Virus record (IMG/VR): IMGVR_UViG_3300002307_000021
Span: 32,001-96,000 of that record
Reading direction: 5' to 3' (one strand)
Length of the DNA stretch: 64,000 nucleotides
Origin: a virus
Position numbers and translations under genes: made by a program. Below the pieces are notes generated by a model. It was not told the DNA's origin and searched no databases. It worked only from the letters and a program-made list of their open reading frames with translations. Numbering within the stretch: position 1 is the first letter of the stretch; the number at the start of each line of letters is the position of its first letter. Shown one piece after another: positions 1-9,948 of this stretch.

Positions 1-325
1 CACCTAAGATGAAACTACGTGAGCGATCACGATTACGAATCATGTCTTCTTTTGGACTGTGTTTGTTAACGTCTAGTTCAGCGTGACCTGCTGAATATAA
101 ACTCCAGTGATAGGGAAAGTATGCGGCATCTGGATTGAGCCAATTAAGTCCTTCGATACCTGTTTCAAAGTTGCTTGGAACACGTGTACTATCAACATAT
201 AAATTACCATTGACATCTGGAAAACGTTGTTTACCTACATACGTTGCATAAAAGCCTGATAGTGCAGGTAAAAAGACCGCATAGTCTTTTTGTTTTGCTG
301 TTAAATTATCTCTTTCAATGGTCAT
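1..325 (-). CDS. N-terminal part of a TGT/DpdA-like (queuine/deazaguanine transglycosylase-like) protein; runs off the window edge
   Basis: Not in ORF track. ATG at 325 opens MTIERDNLTAKQKDYAVFLPALSGFY...WSLYSAGHA...RDRSRSFILG and stays open to position 1. The next codon starts with G, compatible with the TGT DSGG motif, but the motif itself lies outside the window. Confidence 0.55.
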   Translation of the reverse strand, partial: MTIERDNLTAKQKDYAVFLPALSGFYATYVGKQRFPDVNGNLYVDSTRVPSNFETGIEGLNWLNPDAAYFPYHWSLYSAGHAELDVNKHSPKEDMIRNRDRSRSFILG

Positions 326-509
326 TTTTTAGTATCTCATATGTTTTATATGCTGCATATCTTTCTTTAATGTCTGGATTTAGTTCTAAGAAGCGTTGAT
401 AGACATCCCACTCTTCGAGTTTCTCTGCTACTAATCTATAGTTATTACCTGCACCGCCTGATCCAGCAGTGCCAACTATGTTGTATAAACCACTAAGTGG
501 GTTGCTCAT
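315..509 (-). CDS. small hypothetical protein
   Basis: 64 aa ORF overlapping both neighbours in operon fashion. Confidence 0.7.
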   Translation of the reverse strand: MSNPLSGLYNIVGTAGSGGAGNNYRLVAEKLEEWDVYQRFLELNPDIKERYAAYKTYEILKNDH

Positions 510-843
510 TCTTTTCTTCTTCCTTGGTAAGAATATCCATTATCTGGAATTTCTCATAGGCATCTTTAAGACCAGGATGCCGTTCCATACGCTCTTTAAG
601 AGTAGCTTCTTCTTTCTCTTTTTCAATGGCCCAACGTATAGCTGAGTCGGCTTCCCAACTTAATCCAACAGTGGCACCTTGTGTCATTATCTGCCACATA
701 TTGCCATCAAACACTTCCATGCTTTGATTCATTGGATTATACCTAACATTACCAACTCCTACCTGCCCATTATTGTAAATAGTAGGAGGATAAGAAGCTG
801 ATACTGTTACATGTGCGCTACTGCTGGTTAATGTCTTAATCAT
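493..843 (-). CDS. hypothetical protein
   Basis: 116 aa ORF directly after the clamp gene. Confidence 0.8.
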   Translation of the reverse strand: MIKTLTSSSAHVTVSASYPPTIYNNGQVGVGNVRYNPMNQSMEVFDGNMWQIMTQGATVGLSWEADSAIRWAIEKEKEEATLKERMERHPGLKDAYEKFQIMDILTKEEEKNEQPT

Positions 844-844
844 A

Positions 845-1576
845 TTATTTTGATTGTGCTGGTAAAATGTAGTTGTAAGTTGCTAGGCCTGTGTTTACAG
901 TAATCTGTGCCGCGCCTTCATCACTGATACGTACAACCTTATCACCTGCTAGGTTTAGAATAGCAATAAACGCATTAATTGGCCATGACCAACCTTTATT
1001 CAACACACCTGTAACGCCACTTTGGAATACAAAGTTACCTGCGTGACTGCTGTGATCACCAAAGTATAGTTTTAAATCATTACCTTCAGTTTTAGCTGTA
1101 AACACAGTTTCTTCTGAGTTAGCTGATTGTTGGAATTTTAATCTTTGAATATTAACCACACTTGGTTCAAACTCTACGTTCCATGTAACACCGCGGAATT
1201 TAACTGTTTTAAGTTTGTCTGTGACTAACTCTTGGCTCATAAAACGATAGTCGTTTTTAAAGTCACCGCTGGCATTTTCAAAGTGTAGACCTGATGGAAT
1301 AGCTACGCCATCTTTTTCTTGTGTGTTCAAAGAAATCTTAGCGTTTTCTTTATACTCACTAATGCCTAAGATAGTGTTTAATTTGCCTAGGTTTGGCATA
1401 CCAAATGTACCAATGAACTCTGGTACTGGTCCGTTTAGTTTACCTTGAACAATAACACTGCGATCTTCAGCTAATGCGTCAATGCTTGTTTCTGTTTCTG
1501 TGCCTGTGATTTTAACTAAATCGATAATACCTAAGCCATAAGTGTTTTTTACGATGTCTAATAGATGGTCTCTCAT
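845..1576 (-). CDS. DNA polymerase sliding clamp (T4 gp45-like)
   Basis: 243 aa, beta-rich, adjacent to DNA polymerase, PCNA/gp45-like C-terminus (TYNYILPA); AAGGAG SD. Confidence 0.7.
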   Translation of the reverse strand: MRDHLLDIVKNTYGLGIIDLVKITGTETETSIDALAEDRSVIVQGKLNGPVPEFIGTFGMPNLGKLNTILGISEYKENAKISLNTQEKDGVAIPSGLHFENASGDFKNDYRFMSQELVTDKLKTVKFRGVTWNVEFEPSVVNIQRLKFQQSANSEETVFTAKTEGNDLKLYFGDHSSHAGNFVFQSGVTGVLNKGWSWPINAFIAILNLAGDKVVRISDEGAAQITVNTGLATYNYILPAQSK

Positions 1577-1644
1577 TTACTTCTCCTTGATTGATAGTTT
1601 AGTTTATATGATGTATTTAGGTTTTGCAAACAGTTTGATTAAAT

Positions 1645-4305
1645 TTATTCAAAAGAAAATAGGTTATCAAACGTGGTTGCAATCTGGGTATTCTCACTGA
1701 TGCTCCACTTGAGAACGCCCAGTAAGTTTTCTACCTTTTGATCAACGATACCTGTTTCCATACTAGCGTCGTCAAATGGTAATTCTTTAAACCAATTAGG
1801 TAAGTGTGCTTCATCAGTTGGATAACCAACTGAATTATACCCAAGTGGATTGTCTTTGAGTTTACATACAATGGTCTTCATACCATCAACAATACTAGTT
1901 GAATAGTTATCACCATGCATACGTTTTAGATTGTTCCAGTTCATTGCGGCGCGAACGTGTCCTGGCATATTAGCTTTGCCTAGGCGTTCTTCTTCTTTGG
2001 TATACTTGGTCAAGTTGTTTACACGTTTAGGTGTGCCTTTCTCCCAAGCCGGACGTTCTGTAAATATCAATTTGAACTCACGTACTTTGTCAATGATACT
2101 CTCACGTTGTGTACCTGTAAGAACATCCATTAAGATCTCACTTAAGAAGTCCTGGATAACTTTAGGAGTATCTGAACGTTTTAAGTCTAGACCCATGGCT
2201 TTTACTTTGCCCGGTTTGTCGTGTGTGTCTAGACGCTTACCTTCCATGTCATAGATCAGCACAGCATAACGTTTCTTCTTAATAAACAGACCTTTAAGTG
2301 CTACTAGTTCACGTCCGCCTTTGATAAGTTCACCTTGTTTGCGTGGAGTATGGAATACTCGTTCACAAAATGCTGGAAAACTCTCATTAACTCTGTCAGC
2401 GATAGTGTCGTATAGTTGTACAGCGATGTCTTTGTTCCATTCCATCTTGCCCGATTCAACTTCTTCTTTGATGATAGGCCATGCACTAAAGTAACACGAG
2501 TCAGTATCACCGTAGATAATAGCTTTACCTACATGATCATACTCGCCAGTGATGCACTCATTAATATAAGCATCCATGTGACGGGCGATCGTACGACCCG
2601 TAAGAGTAGTCGACTGGCCAATTCTTTTATCAAAAAAGCGACACCCAGGGTTGAGAATAGCACCGTATAAGCTGTTGAGGTTAATCTTTTTGACAAGTTG
2701 TCGCTTATCCCAAAACGCGATATCTTCATTAGTAGTTGCTTCCTTCTTTTTAGCCTGCATTTCTTTACGTTCAGCATACCAACGTTCAAGTAATCCTGGA
2801 ATAACACCCTTGCGTTCGTTGCTAAAGATAGTACCATTGGCACTGATAATCCAACTCTTATTACTGTCAAAGATTAAACGCCAAACGTCCGCGGCACTTA
2901 AGACATCACTGGTTCCATTTTCCCAGTCGATAGTTATTTCAGTCCCTACTTCGCCTTTCATTACAGCATCGTATTCTAAACTGCCAAATAAACCTTCCCA
3001 TGCATCAGCAAACTTACCTCCGTTTTCACGCATTTTGTCACTGATGTAACGGTCTGTCATAGTCTGACGTAGTTGGCCTACGATGGTTTCTGGACCCATG
3101 TTAAGTGCGCGAATAGCACTTGGATATAGTGAGTTAATGTCAACTGCGCCAATGTAGTCATGCATACCTGCTTTAGGAGTAGCTACATACGCACCTGCGG
3201 CCTGTGTGTTTTCTGTTTCATCACGGGTACGATTTGGAACAACCATACCAAGTTGATGTGCTTCGTTGATAATTGCCTGCTCTGTAACTGCCACAGCACC
3301 CATGGTCGTTTGTAGTAGCACAGTATTATCATGCGCCAACTCGTTGGCTAGATCTAAGAAGCGTAGTTTCTTATCTAACTTAGCTACAATCATTGTATCT
3401 TGACGATTGTACACAATGAACTTTTCAAAGTCTTTATTGTATAGTTGATCTAAGGTACCTTCGTACTGTGTTTTACGTTCGTCTAACTCATATTCACCAA
3501 TAGCATCCAATGAATAACTATGACGTTCTTCATAGGTATACTTACGATATAGTTGCATGTAGTCTAGATGCACACGACCAATAAGGTCAAAGGTTAAGTT
3601 ACTAGCACCAAAGCGTTCAAATTCACGTTGTTTAGGATACTGGCCCCATAGACAGTAACGACGGGTATCGTCTTTGCTTAGAACACGATTGGTACGCATG
3701 ACCATATACGGAATATCAAAGCCTTCACTGTTCCAACCACTTAATATGTCTGCGTCATCAATAAGATCTAAGAATGTATTCAGCAGGTCTTCTTCACGTT
3801 CCATTAAGAAACAGTTATCAAACTTACTACAGATCTCCTCAGCAGTTTCCCAACTCATACTCTTGGGAGGAACAACCATGGTAACTAGTTTATCTAACCA
3901 ATCTAAGTATACACTCACAGCGGTAATTGGATTAAACGGATCGTCTGGACGACTAAAGCCTCGCACTGGGTCAAAGTCAACCTCAATGTCGAAGAACGCT
4001 GTTTGTAGTTTAGGTGCCATCTGCCCTAGATAGTTTTCTTCTAGACAGCGGAATACAGGATTGATATCACTTTCCCAAGTCTTCTTACCCGAATTAATTC
4101 TTACTTCTTTATGGAATTCTTTACCTACTTTAGTACTGAAACGTGACACAGGGGTGTCATAGATAGTGCGAAATTTACCTTTAGGATCGTCATAATAGAA
4201 AACATAGTTAGCAGGATATTCTTTATACTCTCTCTGCCCGTTTGTTCTCTCAACGATATAGATGCGATCTTTATTACGATCAAATAGTGCGTCGATGTAA
4301 CTCAT
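1645..4305 (-). CDS. family B DNA polymerase (T4 gp43-like)
   Basis: ExoI FDIEV, ExoII WNSEGFD, ExoIII YNRQD; polymerase motifs DINSLYPS, KINLNSLYG, YGDTDS, KKRY. Confidence 0.97.
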   Translation of the reverse strand: MSYIDALFDRNKDRIYIVERTNGQREYKEYPANYVFYYDDPKGKFRTIYDTPVSRFSTKVGKEFHKEVRINSGKKTWESDINPVFRCLEENYLGQMAPKLQTAFFDIEVDFDPVRGFSRPDDPFNPITAVSVYLDWLDKLVTMVVPPKSMSWETAEEICSKFDNCFLMEREEDLLNTFLDLIDDADILSGWNSEGFDIPYMVMRTNRVLSKDDTRRYCLWGQYPKQREFERFGASNLTFDLIGRVHLDYMQLYRKYTYEERHSYSLDAIGEYELDERKTQYEGTLDQLYNKDFEKFIVYNRQDTMIVAKLDKKLRFLDLANELAHDNTVLLQTTMGAVAVTEQAIINEAHQLGMVVPNRTRDETENTQAAGAYVATPKAGMHDYIGAVDINSLYPSAIRALNMGPETIVGQLRQTMTDRYISDKMRENGGKFADAWEGLFGSLEYDAVMKGEVGTEITIDWENGTSDVLSAADVWRLIFDSNKSWIISANGTIFSNERKGVIPGLLERWYAERKEMQAKKKEATTNEDIAFWDKRQLVKKINLNSLYGAILNPGCRFFDKRIGQSTTLTGRTIARHMDAYINECITGEYDHVGKAIIYGDTDSCYFSAWPIIKEEVESGKMEWNKDIAVQLYDTIADRVNESFPAFCERVFHTPRKQGELIKGGRELVALKGLFIKKKRYAVLIYDMEGKRLDTHDKPGKVKAMGLDLKRSDTPKVIQDFLSEILMDVLTGTQRESIIDKVREFKLIFTERPAWEKGTPKRVNNLTKYTKEEERLGKANMPGHVRAAMNWNNLKRMHGDNYSTSIVDGMKTIVCKLKDNPLGYNSVGYPTDEAHLPNWFKELPFDDASMETGIVDQKVENLLGVLKWSISENTQIATTFDNLFSFE

Positions 4306-4365
4306 TTATTCTCCACCACTTATGGCTGGCTTGCCGTTCTACATGCTCATTGGGTGAGCGAACCC
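4306..4365 (-). promoter_or_regulatory. structured 5' leader of DNA polymerase (candidate translational operator)
   Basis: Hairpins GCTCA-CCCAA-TGAGC and CCA(G)CCA-TAAG-TGGTGG; the second overlaps the GGAG SD. Confidence 0.45.
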
Positions 4366-4367
4366 TA

Positions 4368-4655
4368 TTAACTATATAATAGCTTAACCCAAGCAATTAA
4401 GTCAATGATAAAAATAGTAATACTTGTGGCTAATAACCCAAAACTACCTCTGCTGATACTAGTATAGATACTAATACCGATAGCTAATAAAAACAAAGTA
4501 TAGCATAGCAGTAGAGGCACAGTGGGTACAGTAAACGCAAATATCAATGCTACTGCTAGATTTAGCATCCAGTTAATGATTTCAAATACAACCCTAACTG
4601 GATTAGACTGCCAGTCATTTCGTATAAACTTAGCAGTCTCGTGCCAATCGATCAA
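4368..4655 (-). CDS. small multi-pass membrane protein
   Basis: 95 aa with three hydrophobic segments. Confidence 0.75.
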   Translation of the reverse strand: MIDWHETAKFIRNDWQSNPVRVVFEIINWMLNLAVALIFAFTVPTVPLLLCYTLFLLAIGISIYTSISRGSFGLLATSITIFIIDLIAWVKLLYS

Positions 4656-4912
4656 AGTGTACGACCAACAGTTTCCAAGATGTCTTGTACTGTTTCGTGA
4701 TCTTGGTTAGTTTCACCAAATTTAGATTTTTGAGCAATTTTAATAGCTTTTTTGAGCAAGCTAGGTTTGATCTCTAACTCTTCTGCTACAGCTTTAACAG
4801 TATCATTAAGCCCGCCAGTTAGATCTTCAATTTCTGTAAGTACAGCAATACCTTCGTTCACAAGCTGGGTAAGTTTCGCACGTTGTTCTGCGCTGAACAT
4901 TTTTGATGACAT
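4652..4912 (-). CDS. small helical protein, possibly T4 DsbA-like dsDNA-binding protein
   Basis: 86 aa, VKAVAEELEIKPSLLKKAIKIA pattern; AAGGAG SD. Confidence 0.5.
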   Translation of the reverse strand: MSSKMFSAEQRAKLTQLVNEGIAVLTEIEDLTGGLNDTVKAVAEELEIKPSLLKKAIKIAQKSKFGETNQDHETVQDILETVGRTL

Positions 4913-4913
4913 G

Positions 4914-5633
4914 TTATATCTCCTTAATAATTGATAACTTCTTTTTTGCTTCTCTTAGTTTAGCAGCTTCTGCCATCTTTTTCCTAGTCTCTTCAGAACG
5001 TTTAATTCCTTTAAGTTTAATTGATATTTTTTGACTAATAGAAGCATCCTTAGCTCTTATTATAGCAGCCTTGGACATGTTTTGTCTAGCTTTTTCTGAT
5101 AATTTTTTACCTTTTGTTCTTCCTGGTTTGCCAATCATATTTTTTGATAATTTATTCTTATGTTCCTGGGTAAAAGTTTTCCCAAACATCGGATTCTTCT
5201 TTCCTTGTTTTAAATCAGATAACTTCTTTTTAGTCTCTGTAGAATGTTTTCTACCTTTTAATCCATTGGAAATAGCCAATTTATGTTCTATAGATAGTGA
5301 TCTACCCTTTTTGATTTCAGACCACTTATTTTTAGTTTCCTGAGAATGAATAGTTCCAGAGGCACCTTCACCTCCGTCTGAAATATTACACAAACATCCA
5401 GTACCATCTATTAGTTTACCATAAGATTTAATTAACTCTTTTTCTAAATCCCACGCTTCTTCTTCGGTTAAATTATCTTTAACTCGTTTAACTACGTAAC
5501 CGTGTTTATTAAAAATATTCTTCCAAAAACGATTTCTATATGTTGAAAGGTCTCTTTTATTTTTACCTTTTCCTATATAAAACGGTAATCCATTTTGGTC
5601 ATCAGATTTATAATGAGCGTAAACAAAATACAT
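4914..5633 (-). mobile_element. free-standing GIY-YIG homing endonuclease with NUMOD3 repeats
   Basis: FVYAH...FYIGKG motif, repeated HSxETKxKxS units, K-rich and very AT-rich; own late promoter AATAAATA at 5653-5660; SD spacing favours the ATG at 5633. Confidence 0.9.
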
Positions 5634-5671
5634 AAGCATTCCTTACTAGTTGTATTTATTTAGCTTATTGA

Positions 5672-6091
5672 TCAATTTATTCTACATTTTCTGAGTATAC
5701 GAGTAGCAGTTTGAAACTCTACTGCTAGGTCGTCATATAAATCCTCAGCTGGATGTTCTGCAAATGCACGGTTCAAATAGGCCATTTGACCCATGTCGGC
5801 ATAGTAGTTGTTACTAGGCCAGCGTGGTTTGCCCCATTCCATAGCATTAATCAGTAGGCATTCGTCACCTACTTCTTTGAGTATCTGTTTACGTAACGAA
5901 ATTGGTTTGGTATTGCTTTCTAGGAGTTTGATACAGACTGGTTCAGTGTTGACTAAAGGTTTATCTAAGAAATGGGCAAATAAGTGTACTATGTATGCTT
6001 CTACTTCGTGCGCCAAATTAATTGTAAGTTCGCACTCTGCTCTGCGAATAATATCATACGATTCTCTAACGTAGATATCCCAGTTGGTCAT
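5672..6091 (-). CDS. hypothetical protein
   Basis: 139 aa ORF in operon context. Confidence 0.8.
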   Translation of the reverse strand: MTNWDIYVRESYDIIRRAECELTINLAHEVEAYIVHLFAHFLDKPLVNTEPVCIKLLESNTKPISLRKQILKEVGDECLLINAMEWGKPRWPSNNYYADMGQMAYLNRAFAEHPAEDLYDDLAVEFQTATRILRKCRIN

Positions 6092-6097
6092 GTTATA

Positions 6098-6877
6098 TTA
6101 GCAGTTCCAACGACGACGTGCCTTACAAATAGCTTTATCTGGTGTCTTAGTGCAGTCAATATTGTGCATCTTTTTTTGACCTAGACTTCTAGCACAATAA
6201 CTTGAACGACGTTTACTATCTGCACTACCTTTCTTAAGTTTACTAGGTTTAGTAGTTACTGCTGTTTTTAATTTGCTACCAGGATGTTCACGGCGATATG
6301 CACTAACAGCTTTCTTGCTCATACCATCTGTCTTATCTCGCTTGTTGACCTTTTGCCAATCTTCTTCTACAGGCACACAGTTATTTACACGTGTGTCCCC
6401 TTTCATTTTAGTGCCTTGTTTCTTGTAGCCCTTCCAGCATTTAGCATCTAAGCGTTGTTTGCTTTCTGGTATTAATACAGGATCAGCACTTAGGTATTCT
6501 GGGAATTGTTTATCAAATTCACGCATCATAATACCAGCTTGTTCGTGTGCTTCATTTTCAATAGGACTACCTGTGTGCCAACTGTCGCCGTCTAAGCGAT
6601 GTTGTTCACCTTGTGCATAGTGTACCATTTCATGTGCTAGGGTACGTAAGATATCTACAGGGTTACGATTAGCAACAACCACAGTAATAATTTTTTCTTC
6701 GTTAACAAAACGACCAAATGTTGGAACGTTTGCATCTGGAATAGATTTAACTAGTTTGATTTTAGGAATGTGATCTAATTTTAAATTCTTAACTGCAATA
6801 GGTAAAAAGTCACGTAGTGCATCAATTAGCGTTAGTTTATTAGGACCTTCTAGGTCAAACATTTCAAATAAGTTCAT
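6098..6877 (-). CDS. putative internal head protein: HExxH metallopeptidase-like domain plus basic Cys-containing modules
   Basis: RTLAHEMVH; CWKGYKK..VNNCVP module; RRSSYCARS...ARRRWNC module; N-terminus MNLFEMF. Confidence 0.65.
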   Translation of the reverse strand: MNLFEMFDLEGPNKLTLIDALRDFLPIAVKNLKLDHIPKIKLVKSIPDANVPTFGRFVNEEKIITVVVANRNPVDILRTLAHEMVHYAQGEQHRLDGDSWHTGSPIENEAHEQAGIMMREFDKQFPEYLSADPVLIPESKQRLDAKCWKGYKKQGTKMKGDTRVNNCVPVEEDWQKVNKRDKTDGMSKKAVSAYRREHPGSKLKTAVTTKPSKLKKGSADSKRRSSYCARSLGQKKMHNIDCTKTPDKAICKARRRWNC

Positions 6878-9800
6878 TATTTCAATCCTGCTAATCTGCG
6901 TATAAGGCTAATGCTTTCGTTGGTTTGATTAATAGGGCGTATATCTAAATCACCTAATGATAATCCTAAGTCTTGTTCGTGCTCACGAGCTTTTCTTACA
7001 GCATAAGTGATATCACCTTGACTTACACGACTAACTACCTCACCGGTTGATGGGTTATAGATTTCCCATTCTTGATGGTCTGGATCTACACCTTGTTGCG
7101 TTGCTGCCATGTCTTGTGAAATTTGCTCACGCTCTTGACGCATACGCTCACGCTCATCTGCATAGGTAGTAGTTGGAGATGGTGTTGCTTCGTCCGGATT
7201 AATACCACGACGACGTAGTTCGTGTTTGATAGTAACTCTAAAATATGCGGCCTGTTGTTCATTTAATACTGTAGTTGTATTCATATTGTTTAGAACATTA
7301 ATCAAACTTATATCGCTATGGTCTGCGATGTTTTCTAACCACTCGCGATGTGCTGTAGGTAAACTAGCACGCACAGCATTTTCAGCACTACCTGCGGCCT
7401 GTGCTAAGTCAGTATTACTTGATGTTGTAGTAGTTGTATTGCCTGCTCCAGGTACGGCTGTGTAGTTTCTAGTTTCAACATTATTAACGCTACCGTAGAT
7501 GTGTAATGCTTCATCACGTGTAGTTGCACTTACTGTGCCTACTGGTCTATTGAATCCATCCAATACTATCCAACTTTGTTCTTCACCGGTTTCACCTGTG
7601 TCCTGTCTACGACGTAGTTCGTCATCAATAACTCCAATCACAGCATCTCGTTGTTGTTGTGAGCCCAGTACACTATTATAGGTACCTTGTTCAATTTGCT
7701 GTCTTTTCTCTGTAATTTCATCTGTGCGACGGTTGATTATTGTGTCAACCCAATCACGCCATGATTGTGGGATAGCATGTACAGCACCAGCATTATTATT
7801 AGTGCCTATAGCAGTAGCAATCAAATCGTCAACATCAACGCGATTGTGTAATACACTCAAAAACTTTTCTTGTGCTTTGATTTTAGCCTGGCGTGGCGTA
7901 TCCGCATCAACAATAAAATGCCCATTACCGCTGCGATGTTCGACCTTCCAGCGTGTTTCGTTGTTGTCCACTGTGCTGTTTTGTCTACGGTCTAGTTCGT
8001 TGTCATCTTGTTTACGGAACTCAATTAGTTCATTAATGTAGTCTAATAGATATTCAGTACTTACTTCATCTAAGTAGCTAAACTGCCCAGCTTTAAGTTC
8101 TCTTTCAAATCTTAATAACTCATTAACTTCTGCCTTGGGTGCTTTGTTTTCGATCCAATCTTTCCAACCACCAGTTAATGTTTCTGGTGCTGGTTTAGTT
8201 GGCGCAGGTCCCGGCGCAAGTCTTTCAAACGGCTCGGCTTTGAGTTTGCTAATACTCGCCTCACGCTTCATGCCCATCTGTTTGCCACCTTTGATGATAG
8301 CTTCTGTTGGGCTAGTAGCATGTACCATTTGCTTACCACCTGTGCCGTCTTTGTTCATTACCCAGTACTGTTGTTCTTCACCTTTCTTCTCTTTACGAGC
8401 TACCTGTGCTTGACGAACATTACTTACTAATTCTGATTTGTTGATCTGGCCTAGAGCATAGCGACTGAATAGGGCTACTGAATTGTTAGGATCAGTCCAC
8501 TCACCCTCTGGGCCAATTAGTTTATATAACTTCTTAGCGTACTCTTGTTTGTAAGCACCATCATCTGTGGCAATACGTAATGCTTGTGCGGCACGTAGAG
8601 CAGTATTAAGTAATTTAGGGATATCTTGTTCTAAGTAGTTACCACCCGGACCACGGAATTCTACATATTTGTCTTTGGTATTGATACTGGTGTATTTATT
8701 AGTAATGCCTGAGTGTACTAGTTTACTAGCGGCAGCATTTACATGCTCTTTCATTTTGGCTAACAATGCTGTGGCATTTTCTGGATTCTGTTCTATCTTT
8801 TCTTTAACTACCTTCATAGCACTCTTAGCGTAACTATTATATGTACGATCAAATTCTCGTAGTACGTGTTCGTCACCTAAGAACAGGGCTAGTTTAACAT
8901 AGTCAAGATTATCAATAGTCATGTTAGGCACACTGATGTTCATGTGTAGGCCAGTTGACTTATTAGTATAACAGCCAGCAGCACTGGCCCAGTCCTTAAC
9001 CTTTTTAATCATAGCCAAGCCATCTTTAAGTGGCATTGCTGGACTGATAAACTCTAGCCCTGCGTCACCTTGATCGGCATCAATTGAACCATCCGGCTCA
9101 ATGATAAAGTAACCTTGTTGCTGTTGATCGCTGCGGCTAGCACTGTGATAGTTATTATAACCCTTGGCTCGGAAACCTGTGTAATCTGAAAAATCTTCTG
9201 CTACTTGGTCAACGTCAGCTTCGCCACCGCTACTATAGTAAGTCCAGTGTGGCCAATCTAACCCCCACTCACGTTCTGCTTCACTCATGTAGCTAATGCC
9301 TAGACTACTCAACCAGTCTGATTGATCGTAGTCATCACGCATTTCATCTTCCATCTCTTGACGTACATCGTCGTAGGCACGTTGATACTCGCGACTGTCA
9401 GTATCTTCCATCATATCATCTAGGGTTTTTTCATTTAGTTTTAGAGCTAACTGATGTATTTCATCTTCTGACGCTTTGTCTTCTGGATTCTCGTCTGGGT
9501 TATTTTCTTGCCATTGTTCCTTGGCTAACTCAGTCATGTCGTCAAAGTCAATATCACTGTCTAAGCGATCACGGATACGATCATTTAATTCGTCAGTGTC
9601 TATGTTATCACTGATTTGTTCACTTTGCCAATCTAAGAACTGATCCCACATTTCACTGCGTAGGCGATCAGCACCACTGGCGCCTAGGTTTGACATTTCA
9701 CCTTCCTGAAAGAAACGTATAATGTCGTCGATATCGTTGGCACGTTCGTCCATGTCATAGTCGTATTCACCTTCACCGCTGTCATTATCGACGTTGGCAT

Positions 9801-9948
9801 TGGGAACGCAAAGCTCAAACTCTACTCCTATTAACATTCCCTCAGCCTCGGGGCTATTAGCAAACTTCTCTAAGGATGTGGGGCTCATCGATACTTCGTC
9901 GATAATCTCTGCTTCAATAAGTGCTTGTTTAATTTCTGTATATCGCAT
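6877..9948 (-). CDS. putative amidoligase (COOH-NH2 ligase) with repetitive C-terminal modules
   Basis: GVEFE, EPDGS, LEFISP, TNKSTGLHMNIS, KYTSIN, VEFRGPGG. Start placed at MRYTEI (9948) because the longer track start overlaps the HNH gene. Confidence 0.85.
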   Translation of the reverse strand: MRYTEIKQALIEAEIIDEVSMSPTSLEKFANSPEAEGMLIGVEFELCVPNANVDNDSGEGEYDYDMDERANDIDDIIRFFQEGEMSNLGASGADRLRSEMWDQFLDWQSEQISDNIDTDELNDRIRDRLDSDIDFDDMTELAKEQWQENNPDENPEDKASEDEIHQLALKLNEKTLDDMMEDTDSREYQRAYDDVRQEMEDEMRDDYDQSDWLSSLGISYMSEAEREWGLDWPHWTYYSSGGEADVDQVAEDFSDYTGFRAKGYNNYHSASRSDQQQQGYFIIEPDGSIDADQGDAGLEFISPAMPLKDGLAMIKKVKDWASAAGCYTNKSTGLHMNISVPNMTIDNLDYVKLALFLGDEHVLREFDRTYNSYAKSAMKVVKEKIEQNPENATALLAKMKEHVNAAASKLVHSGITNKYTSINTKDKYVEFRGPGGNYLEQDIPKLLNTALRAAQALRIATDDGAYKQEYAKKLYKLIGPEGEWTDPNNSVALFSRYALGQINKSELVSNVRQAQVARKEKKGEEQQYWVMNKDGTGGKQMVHATSPTEAIIKGGKQMGMKREASISKLKAEPFERLAPGPAPTKPAPETLTGGWKDWIENKAPKAEVNELLRFERELKAGQFSYLDEVSTEYLLDYINELIEFRKQDDNELDRRQNSTVDNNETRWKVEHRSGNGHFIVDADTPRQAKIKAQEKFLSVLHNRVDVDDLIATAIGTNNNAGAVHAIPQSWRDWVDTIINRRTDEITEKRQQIEQGTYNSVLGSQQQRDAVIGVIDDELRRRQDTGETGEEQSWIVLDGFNRPVGTVSATTRDEALHIYGSVNNVETRNYTAVPGAGNTTTTTSSNTDLAQAAGSAENAVRASLPTAHREWLENIADHSDISLINVLNNMNTTTVLNEQQAAYFRVTIKHELRRRGINPDEATPSPTTTYADERERMRQEREQISQDMAATQQGVDPDHQEWEIYNPSTGEVVSRVSQGDITYAVRKAREHEQDLGLSLGDLDIRPINQTNESISLIRRLAGLK

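Noticed and set aside
1931-4033. + strand and alternative-frame ORFs within DNA polymerase, and similar ones in other long genes
   Set aside because: Shadow ORFs produced by codon bias; no motifs or translation signals.
1645-4305. Intron or intein in DNA polymerase
   Set aside because: Continuous 886-aa ORF with normally spaced motifs; both homing endonucleases are free-standing.
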